The translations under genes and the position numbers were made by a program. 64,000 bases of DNA from Octopus sinensis (lineage: Eukaryota): NCBI RefSeq assembly GCF_006345805.1, contig NC_042997.1:206708001-206772000 (forward strand), in the 5' to 3' direction. Shown piece by piece: positions 12,125 to 24,000 of the stretch. Position 1 is the first letter of the stretch. Each line of letters opens with the position of its first letter. The notes under the pieces were generated by a model that saw only the letters and a program-made list of their open reading frames with translations, was not told the origin of the DNA and ran no database searches.

Positions 12125-13180
12125 GGTCATCAAATGCAGTTACAGTGAATCATGATTAAAGGAAATAGAAAATGCCATAGATAAGATTAGCAAAGAAAGT
12201 AAAACCAAATTCACACATAACTTTAGCAAACACAATACAATGTGTGACAGAAATCCTTTAATGATTAACTGGAACTGAAATTTCACTGGCATTTCAAAAG
12301 TGTTGAATGAAAGTTACCAGCTTGTTGCAGTAAAATATCCTTGTTTCAAAACAAATATTTCCTCAGTCGCCCATTGTAGCTGTTAGACAGAATAAAAATA
12401 TAAGAGAATTATTAACCTCTACTTCTGACTCCAAGGAAACTAACATTGGGGTACCTGCATGTTGTACCCTGAAAAACAGCCGCAAAAGAGGTAAGCCCTG
12501 TTCATTGAACAACAACATGAATCAAGTGAATTCCATCAGGTATCATATCAGAAATGTTATGATTTATACAGAAGGTGGGACATGTAGAGATTCCCATTCC
12601 GTGTATGCAGCAGAATGCACGAAACACAACTTGGTTTATGTTGGTTGCACAAAAGAACAATTAAACAAAAGATTTAATGGGCACAGATATGACGTCAGGC
12701 ACAATAACGGTAATTGGACGGAACTTGCTGAACATTTTGCATCAAATGGCTGCAATTTTGAAAAAGACTCGAGAAAGTGCATATTCTCAGTAAATATTCT
12801 GAATCTGCTACACTTTCAATACTCAAAATGCATGAGGAGAAATATGTTTGTGGGTTACAGGCATGTAGCCACGGGTGGGATGGAGTGGAGGCTATGGGAT
12901 GTTTTGCACCCAATGCTAGAATTTCAGCCCCTTCAGTTTGAGAATTTGTTTCAGTTAATCTTGGAAGAATGCATTATCTCAGCCTGGAAGTGTTTGTAGA
13001 CAGTTGAAAATAATACTTTTAACAAAAGAACTTCCTCACATACCTTTTGTGGACAATTTTATCAAATTTTAGACACTTTAGTGACAACAACTTGCTTTCA
13101 ACATCTTCAAAAGATCTGAGGTCGCTAAAGCGGCAATAAATTTAATTTCCTTTGATTTTAGTGGTAGGTGAAAACATGTG
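12125..13180 (+). mobile_element. Penelope-like element 3' fragment with GIY-YIG endonuclease
   Basis: ORF 12505-12999: VYAAECTKHNLVYVGCTKEQLNKRFNGHR...ELAEHF. Homologous to and inverted relative to 9862-10500. Confidence 0.82.
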
Positions 13181-13289
13181 GGTGATTACAAACGCATATG
13201 TTGTGTGTGCACATGTGTGCACATGTGTGCATGCACATGTACTGCAGAATGGTCAGTGAAGTGGTTGTTGTCACTGTAATCGTTATTGT

Positions 13290-13840
13290 TGTGGTGATTC
13301 TTGTTGTCACTTCTCAGTATTTTGTCCAGCTGTCTCACAATTCCCCTGTGAAGAGCTGTCAAGTTTCAAGCCCAAAGCCCTGAACCCCCTCTGGGCCAGG
13401 CACTTTTCAGTCAGCAATTTTCCTGTACTGATCTCTAATCATCTCCTCAGATATTCTAAAATCCTCCTGCTTATACTCTCCACTCTCCTCTTTCAGTGTC
13501 TTTAGTTTCATGTTGTTTCTCCTGAGACCATATGTTTAACCAGAATCTTCTGATTTCCTCAGCATCCGGCATGGCTTTTTCACCTTTTTCTTTTTCCCAT
13601 CCAGTTCCTAATAGGGTCGTTTCTGATTTTGTTCAAAGAATAGTCTATTCAATCTGTATAGCTTAATTCTCTGTTCATATCTTTTAAATTTATGTGCTTT
13701 AGCTTTCGACCTCTGTTTTAATTCCTCAATCACAACATAGATTCCTTTTCTCTTCACCCTATACTTCCTCTCTAGCTCAACATATTTCTCTCACTGAACT
13801 TCATTTCTCTTTTTGCAGTAGTCTGTCCAAAACAGGCAGA
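13290..13840 (-). mobile_element. R4/Dong-type LINE pre-RT fragment
   Basis: Minus strand: ELKQRSKAKAHKFKRYEQRIKLYRLNRLF..PDAEEIRRFWLNIWS..KVPGPEGVQG. Confidence 0.65.
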
Positions 13841-13859
13841 ACTAGCCATTTCAGTTAGG

Positions 13860-16110
13860 GAAGAGAAGGAAATCAGCCCCAAAAAGGTGCAACTGGAAGG
13901 CCCCGGGACCAGATGGAGTTCAAGGCCACTGGATTAAAAGATTTGGTGAATGTCACGCACGAATAGCTGCACAACTCAACACCTTGTTAAATGTCGACCA
14001 AGGAACACCAGAGTGGTTGACATTGGGTAGGACAGTGCTGTGCTTAAAAAACATTGAAAAAGTCACTACAGTAGACAATTACAGGCTGAGATCCTGCTTG
14101 CCACTTATGCGGAAGTTCTTGACTGGAATACTCGCAGAGTCAATGTAAGAACGTCTGGAAAAAAATGGAGTCCTCCCACATGAGCAGAAGGGTTGCAAGT
14201 ATAAGTGCAGAAGTATCAAGGATCAACTCCTGATAGATAAAAATGTACTCAGAGACTGCAAGAGGAGGACAAGTAACTTAGCTATGTCATGGATCGATTA
14301 TCGTAAGGCATATGTTATGATTCCACGTTCTTGGATTATGGAGTGTATGAGCCTATTTGGTAATGCATCAAGTGTTGAGCGATTGCTTGGTAAAAGTATG
14401 GCGAATTGGAGGACGGACCTGACAGTATACAGAAGAAGTTTAGGGACAGGAGAAATTAGGAGGGGCATCTTCCAAGGGAACTGTCTGTCCCCACTGATCT
14501 TTGTACTGTGCTTGATACCACTAACACTGATTCTGAGGAAAGCAAAGGCTGGGTGTGTATTCAAAAGCTGCCAACAAAAAGTCAACCATTTGTTATTCAT
14601 GGATGACCTCAAACTTTTTGGTAAAGATGAATCCCAAGTCAGTTCCCTCTTTTCATATGGTATATACATTCAGTGCTGATATCAGAATGGAGTTCGGACT
14701 GAGAAAGTGTGGTGTGTTAGTCTTGAAGAGGGGCAAAATCAAATGTATGGACGGACTAACAATACCGTTGGGGGAGTTTGTGAAGCAGATAGAAGAGACG
14801 GGCTATAAAGTAATTGGGGATTTTGGAAAATGGAGAAATTGATGAAGAAAGAAATGACAGAAACATCTAAGGTGGAGTACTTGCACAGACTGAGACTGAT
14901 CCTTAAGTCGAAATTAAGTGGACAATTAAGATCGAAGCTTTCACTCCTTAGATATGGAGCAGGGATAATCGCATGGACAGTAGATGAACTAAACAGCTGA
15001 GATAGAAAGACAAGGAAGTTGCTAACTAGATATGGGACACTCCACCCTAAAAGTGACACAGACAGACTGTATGTACCAAGAAAAAGAGGGGGAAGAGGAC
15101 TTATTGGATGTGAGCACAGCATTAGAGCAGAAGAAAACAACATAGCATGGTATGTAAAACAATGCTACAGAACCACAATTATTGGAAGTAAGAAGGTCAG
15201 GCTTGTGTAGGATGAAAGATAGCAAAGATAAAGGACTGTACAAGCAATTGAAAATAGGTGGGTAAAGAAAAGAATGCATGGACAATTTCATAGGGATGTT
15301 GATGATAAGACAGACAGAGAAAAAAGATGGGTGTGGATGACTAAAAGTGATTCAAAACCGGAAACAGAGGCTCTAATTTGTGCTGCCCAAGAACAAACTA
15401 CATAAAATATAGAATAGACAACACAGCAGAAAGTGATAAGTGCAGAATCTGTGGACAAAACGGTGAAAACGTATGGCATATTATCAGCCAATGTACGCCA
15501 CTAGCCCAGAAGGAATATAAGAGACACCACAACAATATAGCCAGGCTTGTCCACTGGACACCCTGCAACAAGTATGGACTTGACAAAGCGAAAAGTCCGT
15601 ATGATCACAAACCTGAAGCCATCATCAAAAATGATAATGCAAAGATCCTGTGGGATTTTATGATTCAGTGCAACTATGAGATTAGAGAATAGAAACCCAG
15701 TCATAGTGTTAATTGAGACAGGAAGCAAACAATGCTGAATCATAGATATAGCATGCCCAGCTGACAACAAGGTATGCAATAAGGAAGAAAGGAAAGTCGT
15801 GAGATATGACAGGTTAGCTTGGGAGGTTAAGCAGTTGTGGTCGATGAAAAAGGTGGTAGCAATACCAATAATTGTTGGAGCCCTTAGAACAGTGAGTAAA
15901 AATTTTGAGAAGTACATGGAACAAATAGGGGCTGCAATAAGTGTTGAGCACTTGCAGAAAACAGCACTGCTTGGAAATGCTCGAATACTGCGGAAGGTAT
16001 TCGAAAAATAAGAGGTGTTACCTTAGTTCACTGGTAGCGAACAGCTGGCACTGTAGTACATCTCCCGCATTAGAAGCTGTGCAAAGGCAATAATAATAAC
16101 AATAATAATA
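13860..16110 (+). mobile_element. R4/Dong-type (RLE) LINE, 5'-truncated, multiple stops and frameshifts
   Basis: [42 protein letters not shown] (RT); CRICGQNGENVWHIISQC zinc knuckle; ILWDF and IPIIVGAL (RLE); (AAT)n tail at ~16088-16110. Confidence 0.9.
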
Positions 16111-17287
16111 ATATCTACTGACTTAGATTCCTTAGAAGAGCAAAAGTGGAAGGGCATCAAGGTAGAAAATATAAGATCTGCTCTCAGGAATTCAAGCAAA
16201 TGGAAGTCTCCAGGAAAGGATAAAATTCTTAACTTCTGTTTGAATGCTTTCGCAGAGAGCCATGAACTGCTAACAAAACTTTACAACAATGTTTTGCAAC
16301 AACCTAATATGATTCCCTCTTGGCTAGTTAATGGTGTAACATTCCTACTTCCAAAAATGAAGAAACAAATGAACCAAAAGTTATAGACCATAACCTGCTT
16401 AACAACAATGTATAACATCTGTCCTGACGGAATATACCTATAGTTTTTTAATAGAAAGTGGCATATTCCCTAATGAGCAAAAAGGATGTAAACTTGAGTC
16501 CTATTGGTGTAAAGATCAGATGCTCGTCAATAAGATGATCTTAGAAGATTGTCACAAACGACACAAAACTTGTCAATAGCCTGGATAGACTATAAAAACA
16601 CTTTTGATAGCCTACCACATAGCTGGATTAAGAAATGTCTGAAAATGTATAAAATAGCACCTACTCTGCAAAAACTTTTTGTCTGTAAGTATGAGATCAT
16701 GGAGAACCACACTAACTTTGAACAGTAACGATAAATCTCTTAATGTTGGAGATGTCAGAATTTCATGTGTCATTTTCCAAGGTGACTCTCTATCACCACT
16801 CCTCTTTCGTCTGGCCTGACTCTCTTGAAATTGCTCAATGATGTACAGTACAGTTATAAAATGTTTGATAAAAATATAAATCATCTCTTTTACATGGATG
16901 ATTTAAAGCTCTTTTCAAAAATGACTACAAGGCTTACAAGCGATTTTAAACGATTCCAGTGATGACATCAGAATGCAATTTGGCCTCCATAGATGTGCAA
17001 AAGCTACTTTTATCAAAGGAAAAATGACAGAAACATCCAACGTTAACCACGACCAGCAGAATGTCATAAAGGAGTTAGAACCAACGGTGAGCTGCAGATT
17101 CCTAGGGGCATCAAACATTCAATGATGAGGGAAAACATCAGAAAAGATGCTATCACAAGGTAAGGACAATACTCAAGACAGAGTTGAATACAAGAAACAG
17201 GATTGAAGCGATCAATGCTTTAGCCATACTAATCATGACTTACAGTTTCAATATCGTTAACTGGTCAATTACTGAAATACGTAATAT
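16111..17287 (+). mobile_element. Second R4/Dong-type LINE RT fragment
   Basis: WKSPGKDKI, AWIDYK, IFQGDSLSPL, HLFYMDDLKLF in broken frames; 3' end overlaps the start of the 45165 copy. Confidence 0.8.
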
Positions 17288-17469
17288 GTGCTCTACAATT
17301 TCTCTATTGTACCTCCTTGATCGTACTTTAGCCTTTCAACACCTAGCATAACCCCTACATAGTCCTTTCGGTTCCTCACTCCATTTAGTAGAAGGAGTGT
17401 TTTTCCTTTTTTTTTTCTGTCTTGGACATTACTTAGCAACCTCACTCACAATGACGGCAGGAAAATTGC

Positions 17470-17632
17470 CCCCAGTCCACTCTGTAAAGTGGTTGGCATT
17501 AGGAAGGGCACCAAGCAATAGAAACCATGCCAAAGCTGACCCTAGAGGTCAATGCTGCTCACCAGATCCTCTCAAACTATTCAATGCAAGCAAATATGGA
17601 AAATGAATGTTAAATGACGATGATGATGATGG
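17470..17632 (+). mobile_element. SINE 3' module ending in (GAT)n
   Basis: tggttggcattaggaagggc...gttaaatgacgatgatgat, recurrent across the window. Confidence 0.7.
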
Positions 17633-17781
17633 TTTTTAACATTGCTTTATATTAATCTAATGTGTTCACAGTAATTACATACAAATTGTCCAACCCATGC
17701 CAGCATGGACAACAGATATTAAGTGATGACAATGATGATGTCTGTAAATGATGTCATGAAATAAAGAATATTTCTTCTAAC

Positions 17782-17956
17782 CTTTTTCCGATTCAAAAGT
17801 GATAATAACTTCCCCAGAATCTTGGATCCGTTCTGGGATTCCTTTAATAGGTCCTCCACTTGATCTACTCTTGTTCTCAAAATAAGACTGAATGGTTTCC
17901 AAACGGAAATCAGTTGGGACTCCTGACACCAATATCATTCTGCTCTCATCTCCCAT
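17782..17956 (-). CDS. First coding exon of a PARP14/PARP10-like multi-RRM protein (RRM1, beta1-beta3)
   Basis: Acceptor ttttgcag|G (exon starts 17973), ATG at 17956, donor AAAG|GTTAG at 17782/17781 (phase 1). Encodes MGDESRMILVSGVPTDFRLETIQSYFENKSRSSGGPIKGIPERIQDSGEVIITFESEK. The YFENKxRSGGG-type motif is typical of N-terminal RRMs of PARP14/PARP10/NMI-IFP35 proteins. Orthology cannot be settled here. Confidence 0.85.
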
Positions 17957-18197
17957 ATTCGAGGCAGATATTCCTGCAAAATAAAACCAAGATTTAATGC
18001 TAAACAAATACAAGTTACTCACCATCCATGGAACAGTATTGTGCTATCCGTATCATAAACATCCACTTAACATGCCTGATGTAAACCTGAAATACATGTA
18101 GCCTTCAAACAGTCCAGATATGCTAGAAGTAACAGCCAAAGTTTTTCAAAAGTTCACCCAGCTATTTTTAAAATAGACACCTTACCACATGGAATAA

Positions 18198-19055
18198 AGT
18201 TAGTTAGTTAGTTAATTTTTTGGCTCAAAAAGCAAAAAGCAAAGCCATGTAGGGGGACATGGAGTTAGGTACAGGGTGGTGTTCATGTAAAGAGTTCAGG
18301 CCACTTGAGGTCAAGGGAGGCTTTGAACAAAGCGGTCGTTGGCATCTTCACCATCTCGTCTGGCAGCTTGTTCCACGGATCCGCAACCCGGACGGAGAAA
18401 GCCGTTCTCCTTCGATTGAGATGAAATTGTCGCAGATAGAGCTTTTCGGAATGACCCCGCAGCCGACGCTCTGGAGCAGGAGTGAAGAACAGCTCTTTCG
18501 AGAGGTTACACTTTCCGCTTATGATGTTGTGAGCGAGAATGAGATCACCACGGCAGCGGCGTTTTTCGAGAGAATAAAGGTCGAGCGTCTTCAGTCTTTC
18601 TTCATAAGACAAATTTTTGAAACCAAGAACCATGCGGGTAGCCAGCTTCTGGACTCTTTCGAGATGCTGTATGTCTTTGAGGAGATAAGGAGAAGAGGCT
18701 TGAATCCCGTACTCCAATATGGGTCTCACCAGCATGACATAGAGCGGTAGGAATATGGCTGCTCTGAGCATTCCGAATGACCGTCAAATCAAGAACAGAA
18801 CTCTGTGTGCTTTGTTGGCAGCATGGACACACTGGGCCGAAGGTGAAAAGGAGGAATCCACCAAGATACTGAGGTCCTTTACCTGGTCGGTCTTCTCCAG
18901 CAGCAGACGACTCGGTTCGAAATCAAGTTGAGTTGCAGGAGAGGCGCCAACAGGCAGATGACAGCACTTTGACACGTTCAGACACAGGTCCCATTCGTTA
19001 GACCACTTCCAAATTTGGTGGAGGCATCGACGAAGGCTGCAAAGATGTTCAGATA
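18198..19055 (-). mobile_element. CR1-clade LINE 3' fragment with (TAAC)n tail
   Basis: ORF 18283-18771: LVRPILEY..LERVQKLATRMV..LSYEERL..LEKRRCRGDLI..FSVRVADPWNKLP. Upstream KDLSILVDSSFSPSAQC. Tandem gtta tail at 18198-18214. Confidence 0.9.
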
Positions 19056-19341
19056 AGCAATCTCTTGATTCAACCTAGCAAAACCTAATTCCCCATTTTA
19101 CATCATTCATATCTCACTCCTATAGCTCATTACTATCTGTCTATCTATCTATTATATATTCATTATTGTAATTATTACTATTATCATCATCTATATATAT
19201 ATGTTTGTATGCATTTATTTGTGCGTGTTTTTATGTATATAAATACATGTGTATTTGTGTATATAAGTGCATGTGCATTTCTATATATTGTTCCCAACTC
19301 CCAAAATTTATGTATATATTTGTAAGTATATATCTATCTCC

Positions 19342-19383
<42 letters not shown>

Positions 19384-19385
<2 letters not shown>

Positions 19386-20330
19386 CTATGGATGGTTCAA
19401 TCTAAGGACAGTTGACTGCGACCTACTTTGGAATATATCCATTGTCCTGTCAGATTCAGGTGGATTGATTGGTTCTGGGTGGAACTGCGACCCCTTTCAG
19501 GTGAACCAAAGTTCGTTCTAAACACCCCTTAAAAGGAAGAACCTTGAGCTGTACACACAGTTGGCCGGAGACTCTGCTAGAGACGAGTCAGTCGAGGACA
19601 GAGCAAGTAACAGGTTGTTTTCTGCTGTGACAGATGAAAGACAGGGAAGGTTAAGGAATTAAGAGACTGCAGCGAGAGGGCTTGGCAATCACAGTAGTAA
19701 TTGTCTGAAATTGTGGCAGACGGAAAAGGAACGTCCGGTAAAGTTTTGTTCGTATTTAATTATGTTTTGATATGTGAAGAAAAAGAAGGAAAGAGTTGTG
19801 GTATTTATGTAAAAAGAATTGTTTTGATACGTGTTACGATGTAAAGAGACTGTAAAAGAGAAAGAAGAAAGAGAGAGAAAAAAAGAAGGACTCTGATATA
19901 GTCGTTAAAGACTTTGAACTGTAACGTGAATTGTTGTGATACGAACATTGTATAATGTATTGAACTGTTCTGATTGGACTGTAACGTATCGTGAACATTA
20001 TTTGATCTGAACTTATTTGTCTATGAACATTGTATATTGTATCCGCATGTTGTTTTCTTTAAATGCTTTGATCTGTGGTATACCTGTATGATGTATTGAG
20101 TTGTCACGTGCATGTCCTCTTTTAAATGTATCTGAAATGTATTTGATGTTGTAACAATTGTAATAGTCATATAAACTAGTTGTTAAACGTAGCCAATTGC
20201 CTTGCCTTCCGCTGTGTCTCAGTATCTCTTCTTGCTGCTGCTGCTGTTGTTGTCGTTATCTCTCTCTCCTCTCCGAGTTTCCGTGGCGAACTTTCCCGTT
20301 CAACCGAGCGACGGCAGGTGGTCCGTAGCA
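19384..20330. mobile_element. Solo LTR (947 bp)
   Basis: Termini TGCTATGG...CCGTAGCA (7/8 inverted match), ATAT on both flanks, no internal coding region. Confidence 0.75.
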
Positions 20331-20480
20331 ATATATATAGTTGAAATTTAGACCCTTATGGGTAGTAAAGAAATATATATATATATATATAGTTGAAATT
20401 TACAGGAAAACAAAAGACAAAGACAGGTGTATGAACAGCAAGTAGGTGTATTAGTTTGATACTCAGGAAAGTGAGAAGGT

Positions 20481-20516
20481 CTTTTACATTTCGAGCCTAC
20501 GCTCTTCAGCATAAAG
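20481..20516 (-). ncRNA. Degenerate type I minimal hammerhead motif in a probable Penelope pLTR (~20390-20880)
   Basis: CTTT-ATGCTGA-A-GAGC(GTAG)GCTC-GAAA-TGTA-AAAG. Stems I and II pair perfectly; core differs from CUGAUGA at two positions. Confidence 0.5.
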
Positions 20517-21084
20517 GAGTAAGAGAAAATAAACAGAGAGAGAATAAAAAAAAACTTTTGGATTTAGCTATCAAGCATGGTAACTGGTTGGGAAAAAAAG
20601 GTTTCACAGGAGAGGTTGAAAGAAAGGGAGATAATAAAGTATTGGTGATCCCAAAACGAAGGTGTGCATGCATGTGTGTGTGTGAGAATATGTAAGTATG
20701 TGTGTTTGGATAGGGGCTAGTCGCTTCTACCCCCACTGCAGCATGAATTTTGACCATCGTCCCTTAATTCCGACCGACCTCTTCACTGTGCGCCCGCCCA
20801 CCCCCACCACCAATACCGGATATCTCTCTATTCTCTCCCCTTCCCCCCTCTCTTTATTCCCCTCCCTTGTCCCTATGAAACAATGTGAAGCAAAATGCTG
20901 CTGCTGCTGTTGCTGCTGCCATAACTACTGCTATTACCACTGCCTCTAATACTGCTGATAGTGATATTGCTGCTGCTACTACAACTGCTGCTGCTGCTGA
21001 TGATGAATATTAGTGGTTGAAAATAAACATATAAAATAAACGTAGGCAAAAGAATGAAAATCTAATAATAATTTAACATTACTT

Positions 21085-24000
21085 GAAAAGGTAGTGGGTA
21101 GCGAACTTCTTCACTACTTCAGGGAGTGACGACCCTGCCTGACACGAGTTCCAGGCTCAGCTGGCTCCGGCTGACAGTACCCGGTATGGGCCCCTATCCA
21201 GGGTTACGGAAAGGAGACAACCTTCAAAGAAATCCGGAGTGGAGCCCCGAAGGCGGTCTAGTGTTCGACTCAACACTCTTCCGGCAGCTCCTGCAACCAA
21301 GCTGGTGCCAAACGTAATGCACTGCACTCCACTGGACTACATCAGCAAGGTCGAGAGAGGAAACCTGATGATTGGGCTACCCAGGACTTTCTTATCTATA
21401 GCCCAGGCCTGCGCAAAACTGGAGAGGACGCTTCAGTGCTGCTGTAAAAAGCTCCAGAAACAACACGGGAGGTAACAGTCACGAGTGATAAGTCCATTCA
21501 GATTGGCGTAAAATATGGGCGCTACGGGTTACCTCTGACGGTGGGAGGGACCTCCATGTCCTATTAGTTAGCTACTGCCCACCTCAAGCTGGGCAGCCCC
21601 CAGTTAATAAGGTGCTGACCCGCCACAGGCCGCCTGCTCCATTGGGTGCTTGGAGCTAAGAGTACGACTCGAAAAGCGGCCTGCAACCTCTGCAGCAGGC
21701 AAGCAACTAAAAGTCAAGAAAACACCACTATTCTCCACCATCAGGAAGCACTGAGCGTATCCTCTCACTGTGCCTCTTGACTTCTTCTGGCTCAGTACAT
21801 CTACTCAGCATCTATACTCCCACTCTCTACAGCTCAGAGGAGACCAAGAACTAGTTCTACAAAGATCTCAACTGTGTCATAGAAAATATACCAACGACTG
21901 AAAATATCTGCCTTCTAGGGGATTTTAATGCTCGCGTGGGATCTGACCATGATTCGTGGCCCATTTGTGTTGGACACTTTGGTATTGGCAACATGAATGA
22001 CAATGGTCAGAGACTACTCGAATTCTGCACATACCACAACCTGTGCATCACAAACACATTCTTTACCAACAAGCCATCCCACAAGGCATCCTGGAGACAT
22101 CCAAGATCTCACCACTGGCATCAGCTGGATCTCATCATTACACGGAGATCCTTTCTGAATTCTACTCTATTGGCCCGCAGTTACCACAGCGCGGATTGTG
22201 ACACAGACCACTCACTAATTAGAAGTAGGGTGAGGATTCTGCCTAAAAAAGTCCGTCGCTCCAAGAAAGTGGGCTGACCACGCATCAACACCGCCAGAAC
22301 CTCGGACCCTACACTGCGAAAATGTTTTGCTGCTTCTATCAAGGTTGCCCTCAGTAGCTGCCCAACCTCCTCTGCTGAAAGTAGGTGGGACTATATCAGG
22401 GAAGCCTTGTATACGACATCAATGGATACTTTCGGCATGAGAGAAAGGCAAAACCCAGATTGGTTCAATGCCGGGCTCTCAGAGCTGGAGCCAGTTATCG
22501 AAGCAAAGCGTGCAGCTCTGATGCAATACAAGAGTGACTCTTCTACATAGTCACTCGAAGAACTCAGAAAGGCACGAAATAAAACCCAACTGACAGCCAG
22601 ACGCTGTGCAAATAGGTATTGGCAGGAAATCTGTCAGAGTATCCAGTCAGCTGCTGACAGGGGCGACACCCGTGAGATGTATGCCGGTTTGAAGAAGGCC
22701 CTCGGTCCATCCGCAACCAAGTCAGCCCCTCTGAAATCAACTACTGGAGATCTCATCAGGGATCAAGGCAAGCAAATGGATAGATGGGTGGAGCACTACC
22801 AGGATCTCTACTCACGGGAGACTACAGTGGCTGAGGCTGCAGTCGAGAGTGTCAAGATCTTGCCAGTCATGTGCGAACTTGACAGTCCGCCATCTATAGC
22901 AGAGCTCACCAAGGCTGTTGACTCCCTAACAAGAAATAAGGCTCCGGGAAAAGACGGCATCCCCTCATAGATCATCAAAGCCGGCAAAAACACCATCCTG
23001 CTTCGGCACCTTCATGAGCTTCTGTGTCAGTGCTGGGAAGAGGGTACAGTCCCTCAGGATATGCGGGATGCTAACATCATTATGCTTTACAAAAACAAAG
23101 GTAACCGTGGTGATTGTAACAATTACTGTGGTATATCCCTTCTAAGCACTGTTGGAAAGACCTTTGCCTGCGTTATCCTGGCCAAGCTACAACTATTTGC
23201 TTCTCGAATCTATCCGGAATCGCAGTGTGGCTTTAGAAGAAGCAGATCAACTATCGATATGATATTCTCCATACGCCAACTTCAGGAGGAGTCCAGAGAG
23301 CAGAAAATGCCATTATATATGGCCTTCATTGATCTAACAAAGGCTTTTGACTCGGTAAGCAGAACAGGCCTCTTCATCCTGCTCCAAAAAATCGGATGTC
23401 CACCAAAGCTGCTGAGGATCATCAAGTCTTTCCATGATGACATGCAAGGCACCATACAGCACAACGGTTCAACATCAGCCGCCTTCCAAATAAAAAACGG
23501 GGTAAAGCAAGGTTGTGTCCTCGCTCCTACATTGTTTGGCATCTTCTTCTCGCTCTTACTTTCACATGCCTTTCAGACATCAGATGATGGAGTGTTTCTG
23601 CACAGTAGAAGTGACGGGAAACTGTTCAATCTCTCGCGCCTGCATGCCAAGACCAAAATCAGAAACGTCCTGCTCAAGGAGATGTTATTTGCTGATGATG
23701 CCACTCTGGTAACACACACAGAAGAAGCCCTCCAAAGGCTCATTAACTGTTTTGAGCAAGCATGTAACGACTTTGGCTTAGTTATCAGCCTTAAGAAGAC
23801 CAACATCATGGGTCAGGCTACATCGGACATCCCAAACATACATATTGGAGACCACAGATTACAAGAGGTGGAGAAGTTTACCTATCTGGGCTCTACTGTC
23901 ACCTACAACCTATCCCTTGACGCTGAGCTCAATATACACATTGGCAAGGCAGCTGCTGCGATGGCCCAACTCTCCAAATGGGCTTGGGACAACAATAAGC

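Noticed and set aside
13116-13185. Possible hammerhead at the end of the 12125 Penelope fragment
   Set aside because: Core reads CTGAGGT, triplet is GUG and no stem I pairing is evident
13290-13990. Apparent twin-priming 5' inversion of the Dong LINE
   Set aside because: The two pieces overlap at the WKxPGPxGVQG region and are clearly divergent there, so they are two different copies back to back
18181-18190. Alternative minus-strand donor (GTG|GTAAG) 200 bp upstream of the first coding exon
   Set aside because: It abuts the CR1 tail inside repeat sequence with no promoter features. It cannot be excluded without transcripts but is not reported as an exon.
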